A DNA stretch of 64,000 nucleotides from an uncultured Gammaproteobacteria bacterium (GTDB lineage: Bacteria > Patescibacteriota > Microgenomatia > CAZETR01 > Amesbacteraceae), in the NCBI GenBank assembly GCA_964518565.1, contig CAZFGX010000001.1:139046-203045 (forward strand). Reading direction: 5' to 3'. Under the pieces are notes generated by a model, which had not been told where the DNA came from, did not search any database, and saw nothing but the letters and a program-made list of their open reading frames with translations. The position numbers were made by a program, and so were the translations under genes. The first letter of the stretch is position 1, and each line of letters opens with the position of its first letter. Positions 28,788 to 37,129 of the stretch are shown here, piece by piece.

Positions 28788-28793
28788 ATACAT

Positions 28794-29468
28794 ATGAGAA
28801 TTTTGATTGTCGAAGATGATCACAAAGTTGCCAATTCTATGAAAAAAGGCCTCGAACAAGAGTCGTATGCAGTAGATGTTCTGTATGATGGCTCAGAGGT
28901 GCTCGACTATGTAGTATCTACGCAGTACGACTTAATAGTGTTAGATCGTATGTTGCCCGGCATGGATGGCTTGAAAATTTGCCAAGACATACGTCGAAAA
29001 AATCTACATATGCCAGTCCTCATGCTTACTGCCCGAGGCCAAGTCGAAGATCGGGTCGAAGGACTCGACTCAGGTGCGGATGATTATGTTGTCAAACCAT
29101 TCTCTTTTTCCGAATTAGTTGCCCGTATTCGAGCTTTGCTTCGCCGATCGCCAACTACTGAGCAAACCATATTAAAGATTGCAGATTTAGAGTTAAATCC
29201 CCAATCATTTTTAGTCAATCGCCAAGGCAAAAATATCAAATTGTCTAGCAAAGAATTTGCTTTGTTAGAGTACCTCATGCGCCATCCTCAACAAATCATC
29301 AGTAAAGACAGAATCATTGATCATGTTTGGAACTATGAAGCAAATGTCATGCCAAATTCAGTCGAAGTCTATATTCGTCGGTTGCGTCAAAAAATCGACC
29401 AGCCCTTCAAAAGTAAACCGCTGCTCCACACATTACGTGGATTTGGGTACAAAATAGGAGAACACTAG
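28794..29468 (+). CDS. OmpR/PhoB-family response regulator
   Basis: EDD, DRMLP, GADDYVVKPF, wHTH TLRGFGY. Confidence 0.95.
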   Translation: MRILIVEDDHKVANSMKKGLEQESYAVDVLYDGSEVLDYVVSTQYDLIVLDRMLPGMDGLKICQDIRRKNLHMPVLMLTARGQVEDRVEGLDSGADDYVVKPFSFSELVARIRALLRRSPTTEQTILKIADLELNPQSFLVNRQGKNIKLSSKEFALLEYLMRHPQQIISKDRIIDHVWNYEANVMPNSVEVYIRRLRQKIDQPFKSKPLLHTLRGFGYKIGEH

Positions 29469-29471
29469 TCT

Positions 29472-30476
29472 ATGTTTTACCGTGCTCGTCTCAAACTCAC
29501 ACTTTGGTATGTCTTAATCATTCTCTCGATTAGTAGTCTGTTTAGTCTGATTATTTATTCTCGAATCAGCGAAGATTTGGCTCGAGCCAATCGCATTTTT
29601 ATTCGTCGCGAGATCGATTCGCATTTACGCTTACCATTTGTCACTCCGCCACCGGAGATAAACAACAAGTTTTTTGAACAAGCCCTAGATCGATTACGAC
29701 TTACCTTGGCACTTATCAATGTGGGTATTGTGCTTATTTCTGCCGGAGCTGGATTTTTTTTGGCCGGACAAACATTGCAGCCGATCCAAGATATGGTTGA
29801 TGATCAACAGCGATTTATCGCCGATGCTTCGCACGAGCTGCGCACGCCACTGACTGCCTTGCGTACTCAGTTAGAAGTTACTCTACGAGATAAAAGCCGC
29901 ACTCCAATTGAAACGACTGCTATTCTCAAGAGCAACTTGGAAGAAGTGGTGGCACTGCAAGACCTTACCAACAATCTCTTAGACCTGGCCAACAATTCAA
30001 ATAATCCAGCAATCTTTGAATCTATTTTGTTAACCGAATTGGTCAGTGGGGTGGTTGCGCGAATGGAACCAATTGCCTTGGAAAAAAACATCGATATTGT
30101 TTTTACTTCAGAGTCTGAATTAAATATTTGGGGTAGTCCACAACAAATCAAACAACTCACCAGTATTCTCCTGGACAATGCTATCAAATACAGTTCAAAA
30201 AAATCTCAAATCCAAGTCATCGTTCGTCAACGAGAATTGTTAGTTATAGATCAAGGTATTGGCATTGAAGCAAAAGAAATCCCATTTGTCTTTGATCGGT
30301 TTTATCGGGCTGAAAAATCTCGAACCAAAGCCGAATCTGGGGGATATGGACTAGGCCTTTCTATTGCCAAAAAGATCGTCGATACTCATCATGCAAAAAT
30401 CCTTTTATCCAGCAAACCAGGTCAGGGGACAACTGTGACAGTTTCTTTTCGAAAAAAACTTAAATTATCCAGATAA
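29472..30476 (+). CDS. Sensor histidine kinase (CiaH-like, short 2-TM sensor)
   Basis: ADASHELRTP, LDNAIKYS, DQGIG, GLGLSIA. Confidence 0.93.
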   Translation: MFYRARLKLTLWYVLIILSISSLFSLIIYSRISEDLARANRIFIRREIDSHLRLPFVTPPPEINNKFFEQALDRLRLTLALINVGIVLISAGAGFFLAGQTLQPIQDMVDDQQRFIADASHELRTPLTALRTQLEVTLRDKSRTPIETTAILKSNLEEVVALQDLTNNLLDLANNSNNPAIFESILLTELVSGVVARMEPIALEKNIDIVFTSESELNIWGSPQQIKQLTSILLDNAIKYSSKKSQIQVIVRQRELLVIDQGIGIEAKEIPFVFDRFYRAEKSRTKAESGGYGLGLSIAKKIVDTHHAKILLSSKPGQGTTVTVSFRKKLKLSR

Positions 30477-30513
30477 TAAGGCATAATATTAGAAATCAGT
30501 CTGCAAATTAATC

Positions 30514-30593
30514 TTGACAAATTAGCTAATTTATTGTAATATGTCTAAGTTAGATATTTATATATAGCCTCGGTAGACCGAGGCGATTTTTTT
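30514..30593 (+). promoter_or_regulatory. greA promoter with terminator-like hairpin in the leader
   Basis: TTGACA-17-TAATAT; GCCTCGG-TAGA-CCGAGGC plus T7 at 30567-30593. Confidence 0.75.
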
Positions 30594-30602
30594 CGTAAAA
30601 AT

Positions 30603-31058
30603 ATGTCAAATATTATACTCGTAACCAAATCAGGTCTAGATCAGCTAAAATCTCAGCTGGCCGATTTCCAAACAAAACGTCCTCAGGTCGTAGACCGGCT
30701 TAGTATTGCCCGTAGTATGGGGGATTTGTCGGAAAATAGTGATTATATTAGTGCCAAAGAAGAACTGGCTTTTCTAGATGGTCAAATAGCCGAGGTCGAA
30801 TCGATCATCCAAAATGCTCAAGTCAGTGAACCAGCCGACGTGACCACGGTCCAGTTTGGCCACCATGTTAGCGTCAAAGTTGGCGCTTCTCAGGCAGTAT
30901 TCCATATTGTTGGTGAATGGGAAGCCGACCCTATGAAAAAACGCGTGTCACATTCGTCTCCGCTAGGCCAAGCCTTGATGGGTAAAAAAATTGGCGATAA
31001 AGTCGAAGTTGACGCTCCTGTTGGTAAGGTTGCCTATACAATTGTCGGGATTGAATAA
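30603..31058 (+). CDS. greA: Transcription elongation factor GreA
   Basis: GDLSENSDY, SPLGQALMG. Confidence 0.95.
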   Translation: MSNIILVTKSGLDQLKSQLADFQTKRPQVVDRLSIARSMGDLSENSDYISAKEELAFLDGQIAEVESIIQNAQVSEPADVTTVQFGHHVSVKVGASQAVFHIVGEWEADPMKKRVSHSSPLGQALMGKKIGDKVEVDAPVGKVAYTIVGIE

Positions 31059-31088
31059 TCTTCAGCATTTTTCTGTTAAAATCTAGCC

Positions 31089-32540
31089 ATGTCTCAATCT
31101 CGATTAGCCGAAATTCGTGCAAACCGTATCGAAAAGTTGGCTGCATTACGCAATCAAAACATCAATCCCTATCCTTCAAAATACTCTCAGGCCGCGATAG
31201 ATATTTTTTCCGCACGAAGCAAACATAATCACACTATTAGTGTTCGTGGGCGAATTGTTCGCTGGCGAGAGCACGGTAATGTTATGTTTGCAGATATCAA
31301 AGATGCTACAGGACAAATTCAGCTGTTGTTCCAAAAAAAACAGCTTGGTGATCAATTTTCGATTTTAAAAAAGATTGATGCTGGTGATTTTCTAGGTGTA
31401 GTTGGCATTGTAACCACTACTCAAGCTGGCGAAATCACTATCGATGTGGCTCAGTTTGAATTGTTAGCCAAATCACTTCGTCCACTTCCGGATGATTGGC
31501 ATGGACTAAAAGATGAAGAAGTGCGCTACCGTCAGAGATATGTTGACCTATTACTAAATGAAGAATTGAAAGATTTATTTATTAAAAAAGCCATCTTTTG
31601 GCAAACAGCCAGAGATGTCATGCGTCAGCAAGGCTTTTTAGAAGTCGAAACCCCAGTGTTAGAAAACACTGCAGGTGGTGCGGATGCCAATCCATTTGTG
31701 ACCCATCATGATGCATTAGACACTGATGTCTATTTGCGCATTTCTACAGGCGAACTTTGGCAAAAACGCCTGATGGTTGCGGGCTTTGAAAAAACGTTTG
31801 AGATTGGTCGCCAGTTTCGCAACGAAGGAATTGATCGTGAACATCTCCAAGACTACACTCAGTTAGAATTCTATTGGGCGTATGCCAACTACGAAGATTC
31901 CATGAAGTTTGTCGAGGATTTATACAAACAAATCGCCCAAAAGACTTTTGGCACTTTAGAATTTGATATCAATAATCATCATATCGATCTGTCTCAGTCG
32001 TGGCAAAAAATAAACTACAAACAAGCAATTTCTGAGCATCTAAACATGAATATCACAACTGCGACAAATGATCAGCTCCAAGCTGTCTTGCGCCAAAACA
32101 AAGTCGAATATTCACCTAAAGATTCACGAGGTAGGCTAATTGATCTCTGTTGGAAAATTGTCCGCAAAACTATCAGTGGTCCGGCATTTTTAGTCGGCCA
32201 CCCTGTTGAAGTCTCTCCACTTGCCAAAGCAGATGTGCAAAACCCTGGGTTTGTGGAGCGTTACCAGGTAATTCTTGCCGGTAGTGAAATGGGCAATGGC
32301 TATTCTGAGTTAAACGATCCCATCGACCAAGCTGAAAGATTTGCCGCCCAACAATCGGCCAGAGATCAAGGTGAGTCCGAAGCCCAAATGGCCGATGCAG
32401 ACTTTATCCGCGCCCTAGAATATGGCATGCCTCCAGTCACAGGATTCGGTTTTTCTGAACGCTTATTTTCGTTTTTAGCCAATAAACCAGTTCGCGAGAC
32501 AGTTCTCTTTCCACTACTGCGCCCCGAAAGTCACGAATAA
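31089..32540 (+). CDS. lysS: Lysyl-tRNA synthetase (class II)
   Basis: RYRQRYVDL, FRNEG, YSELNDP, ALEYGMPP. Confidence 0.97.
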   Translation: MSQSRLAEIRANRIEKLAALRNQNINPYPSKYSQAAIDIFSARSKHNHTISVRGRIVRWREHGNVMFADIKDATGQIQLLFQKKQLGDQFSILKKIDAGDFLGVVGIVTTTQAGEITIDVAQFELLAKSLRPLPDDWHGLKDEEVRYRQRYVDLLLNEELKDLFIKKAIFWQTARDVMRQQGFLEVETPVLENTAGGADANPFVTHHDALDTDVYLRISTGELWQKRLMVAGFEKTFEIGRQFRNEGIDREHLQDYTQLEFYWAYANYEDSMKFVEDLYKQIAQKTFGTLEFDINNHHIDLSQSWQKINYKQAISEHLNMNITTATNDQLQAVLRQNKVEYSPKDSRGRLIDLCWKIVRKTISGPAFLVGHPVEVSPLAKADVQNPGFVERYQVILAGSEMGNGYSELNDPIDQAERFAAQQSARDQGESEAQMADADFIRALEYGMPPVTGFGFSERLFSFLANKPVRETVLFPLLRPESHE

Positions 32541-32561
32541 GAAGCAGTATAATCTGTATAT

Positions 32562-33797
32562 ATGATCGATATCAAAATCATTCGCGAGGATCCTAATAGA
32601 GTAAAAGCTGGCGTCAAAGCCAAGGGGTATTCGGAGTCAATTGTTGATACCGTAATTGATTTAGATAAAAAACGCCGGGAATTACTGGTCACTACCGAAA
32701 CGCTTCGAGGCCAAAGAAATCAAATTACTAAAGATCAGATAGATCTAGCCAAACAAATAAAACAGCAACTCAAACAAGCTGAGCCAGAGTTGCAAGAAGT
32801 TGAAGACAAGCTCGCCCAAGCACTCAATGAAATTCCCAATCTTCCAGACCCTAATGCCCCTATCGGTAAAAACGATTCCGAAAATGTCGAAATAAAAAAA
32901 TGGGGCACTCCAAAAAAATTCGATTTCACACCCAAAGACCATCTAACCTTGGGCACAAATCTGAAGATTTTAGATTTTGAATCCGGTGCCAAAGTTGCCG
33001 GCTCGCAATTCTATTATCTACTTGGTGACGCAGCCCTATTAGAACTAGCCCTCACAAACTTTGCCTTCTCTATTGCCGCCAAACATGGCTACACTCCTGT
33101 AATGACTCCGGATATGGCCAAATCTCGTTATTACCTCGGCACTGGGTATGCTCCCAAGGGCGACGAAGCTCAGACATATACCATTGCCGGTCAGGATTTA
33201 GGCCTCATTGCGACGGCTGAAGTCACCCTGGCTGGCCGCCACGCAGATGAAATCATGCCGGAAAATGACTTACCTAAAAAATATGTCGGCTACTCACATT
33301 GTTTCCGTCAAGAAGCAGGTGCATATGGTAAATACTCAAAAGGGTTATATCGGGTTCATCAATTTTCCAAAGTCGAAATGTTTGTCTATTGTCAGCCCCA
33401 AGATTCAGAAAGATATCATCAAGAAATTTTATCGATTGAAGAAGAAATTTATCAAAAGCTCAATATTCCATACCGTGTGCTAGAAATGTGTACTGGAGAT
33501 TTGGGTGCCATGGCCGCCAAAAAATACGATATCGAAGCGTGGATGCCGGGAAGAAATGATTACGGTGAAGTAACATCTACTTCAAATTGTACCGACTACC
33601 AAGCCAGAAACCTAAGTATTCGTTTCAAAAAAACCACAGGTGAAATCGAATTCGTTCATATGTTAAATGGTACTGCAGTACCTCTATCCCGTGCCCCAAT
33701 CGCTATTTTAGAAAACTATCAAAACGCTGACGGTTCAGTTACTATCCCTGATGTCCTTCGTCCATATATGGGTAAGGACAAAATTAGTTTAGAATAA
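32562..33797 (+). CDS. serS: Seryl-tRNA synthetase
   Basis: TAEV, FRQEAG, RVHQFSKVE, SNCTDYQAR. Confidence 0.97.
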   Translation: MIDIKIIREDPNRVKAGVKAKGYSESIVDTVIDLDKKRRELLVTTETLRGQRNQITKDQIDLAKQIKQQLKQAEPELQEVEDKLAQALNEIPNLPDPNAPIGKNDSENVEIKKWGTPKKFDFTPKDHLTLGTNLKILDFESGAKVAGSQFYYLLGDAALLELALTNFAFSIAAKHGYTPVMTPDMAKSRYYLGTGYAPKGDEAQTYTIAGQDLGLIATAEVTLAGRHADEIMPENDLPKKYVGYSHCFRQEAGAYGKYSKGLYRVHQFSKVEMFVYCQPQDSERYHQEILSIEEEIYQKLNIPYRVLEMCTGDLGAMAAKKYDIEAWMPGRNDYGEVTSTSNCTDYQARNLSIRFKKTTGEIEFVHMLNGTAVPLSRAPIAILENYQNADGSVTIPDVLRPYMGKDKISLE

Positions 33798-33803
33798 TTC
33801 CCT

Positions 33804-35597
33804 ATGCGTCGAGTTGGTTCTCGTGTCAGTCAAGTAGTGCACTTGATGAGCTCACTAATTATTCAGGCAGACAGAAAAAGATTTTTTCTAGTCATACTAC
33901 TCAACTCCTTACTCGGATTTAGTGCTGGGCTGTCATTGTATCTAGATAAGAAAATTATCGATGCTTTGGGTGCCGGTATACAAGGTGCATCATGGGCGAT
34001 GTCATCACTTATTGCCTTCACGTGTATTAGGCTGGGCTATGCGGTATTTCGTGACTACATTCGACGACTTGCAAATCATTTTCAAAACACATTGGAAATG
34101 ACCGTCTATAACCACATCAATGTCACCTGTGCCCGTAAACATGCCAGTGTCGAAGTTTCCATTGCCGAAGATCCACAGTTTAAAAACCGCTACACCAAAA
34201 TCGAACGCACCACCGGCAGTCGAGCTACTCGGCTTGTTGGGGTTGTAGCCGAAGGTCCCACTAATATTATTGGTTTGTTATCAGTTTTATTTATTGCGTA
34301 CACCTTGAAGCCTTGGGTCATTATTATTCCTATTATTTGTGCCATTCCCAATCTCTTCTCGGCTGCCAAAAATATTAAACAGCGGTATGAAGTCGAAACT
34401 CGGGTGTCTCCCATGCACCGCCTACGAAACTTAGCCGGATATTACCTATCAGACAATATGAATCTCATGGAGTTGCGTTTGTTACAAATTCGTGACCATT
34501 TAGTCGAAAAATATCGTAACTTGCAAAACCAAATAGCCAAAATTCGCCAGACTGCTAGTCTAGAAGCTCAACATAGATCGTTCGCTGCAAACGTCCCTGG
34601 CTCCATTGCAAGTACTAGTATCAGTCTGTATGCGGGATTGCAAGCAATAAATCACCAAATCACCCTAGGCGAAGCCTTTACACTTACACGAGCCGCAGAT
34701 CAGATTGCTAGTTACATAAATGAACTGTTCCGAAATATTTCCGACTTATACGAAAACCATCTGTATATTACCGACGTAGATTGGTTACTAAATTTACCTG
34801 AAAAAGATGAATCACAAGGTGAAAATCTTGCCGAAAAACTAAAATCAGGCTTACAGCTCAAAGATGTGTGGTTTAAATACCCAGGATCTGACAAATGGAT
34901 ATTGCAGGGTGTAACAGCAATAATTAACCCGACTGAAAATATTGCCTTAGTTGGTGAAAACGGTGCTGGAAAATCTACACTGGTGAAATTAATTTGCGGC
35001 TTATATGAACCAACCAAGGGGGAAATTTTACTCAACGATCTTCCTGTTACAAAATATCGTCGAGACCAGTATTGGCACCGACTTGCAACCATGTTTCAAG
35101 ATATTGAAACGTATGGCTTTTCTGCGCGCGAAAGTATCGGCTTTGGCAACATTAAAAAACTCAATTCACCGGAAGATGTTAGCCGCGCTGCCAAGTTTGC
35201 CCATATTCATGACTGGATCGAGACATTACCTCAAAAATACTCCACCCCATTGATTAGAGATTTTGAAGGCGGAGTAACCCCATCTGGAGGACAAAAACAA
35301 CGCCTCGCCCTAGCACGAACACTATTAAAAGATAGTCAAATCGTTATTTTAGACGAACCTACCTCGAGTATGGATCCTGCTGCTGAAGAGGCAATATTTA
35401 ACCAATTACTTGATTGGGGTAAAAATCGTTTATTGATTTTCATATCTCACCGTTTTAGCACTGTTCGCCAAGCAGATAGAATTTTAGTTTTAGACCAGGG
35501 TAAATTAATCGAAAACGGGAGTCATGAACAGCTAATGAAAAAAACACGTGGCGTATATAAAAAACTCTTCACACTCCAAGCAAAAAACTACCAATAA
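33804..35597 (+). CDS. ABCB-type exporter (TMD+NBD)
   Basis: GENGAGKST, SGGQKQR, LDEPT, SHRFSTV. Confidence 0.9.
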   Translation: MRRVGSRVSQVVHLMSSLIIQADRKRFFLVILLNSLLGFSAGLSLYLDKKIIDALGAGIQGASWAMSSLIAFTCIRLGYAVFRDYIRRLANHFQNTLEMTVYNHINVTCARKHASVEVSIAEDPQFKNRYTKIERTTGSRATRLVGVVAEGPTNIIGLLSVLFIAYTLKPWVIIIPIICAIPNLFSAAKNIKQRYEVETRVSPMHRLRNLAGYYLSDNMNLMELRLLQIRDHLVEKYRNLQNQIAKIRQTASLEAQHRSFAANVPGSIASTSISLYAGLQAINHQITLGEAFTLTRAADQIASYINELFRNISDLYENHLYITDVDWLLNLPEKDESQGENLAEKLKSGLQLKDVWFKYPGSDKWILQGVTAIINPTENIALVGENGAGKSTLVKLICGLYEPTKGEILLNDLPVTKYRRDQYWHRLATMFQDIETYGFSARESIGFGNIKKLNSPEDVSRAAKFAHIHDWIETLPQKYSTPLIRDFEGGVTPSGGQKQRLALARTLLKDSQIVILDEPTSSMDPAAEEAIFNQLLDWGKNRLLIFISHRFSTVRQADRILVLDQGKLIENGSHEQLMKKTRGVYKKLFTLQAKNYQ

Positions 35598-36442
35598 AAT
35601 ATCTTTTTAAAGTCTGTTTGGGTAAAGCAGCCTGGGAAAAGTACTTCCGTTCCACCAAATGTTTTTTTAAATTGCGAAAATCCCTTCCATGACGTGTATT
35701 GATTTGGCCAGCGATCATCATATAGACTTTCAAAATCCCAAATAACACACCCTCGGCGTTTGGCTTCCAACATTGCTTCCCAAACCACTGCATAGGGTAA
35801 TTCTTGCTCCTTAGCCACTGGTAAGGCTGCTGCGTAATAGTAATAAGCAGTTTTTTTGTAAATCAAAACAAGACATCCACACGATTGATTAAGCGTGACA
35901 CAAAAACAATTGTGACCAAAAATACCCACCAATGTGTCAAAATCGACTTTAGTCGAAATCCAAATATGTTGTTGACGCGTTGCTTGCTGCCAAATCTGAA
36001 AAAAATCATCAAACCGGTTAATCTGTGTTTCGTAGCCAGTATGTTGTAGTTTATGTATCCATGATCGCGCTCGTTTAAAACGCTTTAATAAATCAAAGTT
36101 TGATCCTCCCAAATCTATCCTCAAAGTTTTTGTTGGTCGAAGTGGCTGTGTATCCAAAAAAAATCCCTGATCAGGAAATAAAGATAAAAACTCTGGGTCA
36201 GATATCAATGGCTCTATCCGTGTAGTAAATATCCGATATTTTTTTTGTAACTCTTTTAATTTTATCCAATCAATATCACTAGAACATCGTAAAATTTTTG
36301 CCACCGATCCTAATAATCCCCACCGTTTCACATATACATACAGAGAACCTATTTGTTCGACCAGCCAGCCCTGTGAGGCTATATAAGCAGCAAATGGCTC
36401 TGATTGTCGTATATCATAGGCTGGCGACTCGATCTCTGTCAT
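35588..36442 (-). CDS. FemABX-like peptidoglycan peptidyltransferase
   Basis: RQSEPFA, TLRIDL, WEAMLEAKRRG..WDF, GFSQFKKTFGG; start may be 36442 or 36457. Confidence 0.8.
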   Translation of the reverse strand: MTEIESPAYDIRQSEPFAAYIASQGWLVEQIGSLYVYVKRWGLLGSVAKILRCSSDIDWIKLKELQKKYRIFTTRIEPLISDPEFLSLFPDQGFFLDTQPLRPTKTLRIDLGGSNFDLLKRFKRARSWIHKLQHTGYETQINRFDDFFQIWQQATRQQHIWISTKVDFDTLVGIFGHNCFCVTLNQSCGCLVLIYKKTAYYYYAAALPVAKEQELPYAVVWEAMLEAKRRGCVIWDFESLYDDRWPNQYTSWKGFSQFKKTFGGTEVLFPGCFTQTDFKKIFYW

Positions 36443-36457
36443 GCGATAATCCTTCAT

Positions 36458-37108
36458 ATGTCCTTACCAAGTATTCTCAAAGACTGGATCGAAAAAGTCA
36501 AAAATTGGTCCACTGGCAATATCGAAGAATATGAATCAAAGTACAGTGGCACTGTATTGGTGCGTCACGGTTTTGGGTATCGCTATATTGTTACCGGCTC
36601 GATGGTTACACAAAGTGGAGCACTGATTGCAGATCTCTGGTCTCCAGTGTTGAAAAAAATTGGTCAAAGACAAAAAACCTGGCTGATTTTGGGTGTAGCC
36701 GGAGGCACGCTCGCTTCTGTTATTGACAAAAAATATGCTCCAAAAAAAATAGTTGGAGTAGAAATTGATCCAATCATGATCGAAATTGGTCAAAAATATT
36801 TTAAAACTCCTCAAATAAAATCACTAACCCTCATTCAGGCAGATGCCCAAAACTACATCAAACAAACAAAAGAAAAATTCGACTATGTATTAGTCGATAT
36901 GTATTGCGGGGACGAATTGCCCAAATTCGTCAATACAGATGCTTTTATCAAACAAGTAAAAGATTTAGGTACCTATGTAGTTTTCAATCATTTGTTTTAC
37001 GGTAAAAAGCGAGTTTTAGCTGAAGAATTTATCAAAAAAGCCGAAAAACACTTTTCTGACGTAAGCTTAATTCGAAAATTAGCAAACCTATTGGTCATTT
37101 GCAAATAA
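36458..37108 (+). CDS. Spermidine-synthase-like SAM-dependent methyltransferase
   Basis: LILGVAGG, GVEIDP, ADA..YI, DYVLVD; start refined to MSLPS. Confidence 0.8.
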   Translation: MSLPSILKDWIEKVKNWSTGNIEEYESKYSGTVLVRHGFGYRYIVTGSMVTQSGALIADLWSPVLKKIGQRQKTWLILGVAGGTLASVIDKKYAPKKIVGVEIDPIMIEIGQKYFKTPQIKSLTLIQADAQNYIKQTKEKFDYVLVDMYCGDELPKFVNTDAFIKQVKDLGTYVVFNHLFYGKKRVLAEEFIKKAEKHFSDVSLIRKLANLLVICK

Positions 37109-37129
37109 CCCGGGTATAATCAGCAACGC

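Noticed and set aside
31061-31082. TTCAG..TTCTG before lysS as a fourth two-component box
   Set aside because: Spacing is 5 rather than 6, and it is only 1 nt from the -10, unlike the other three sites.
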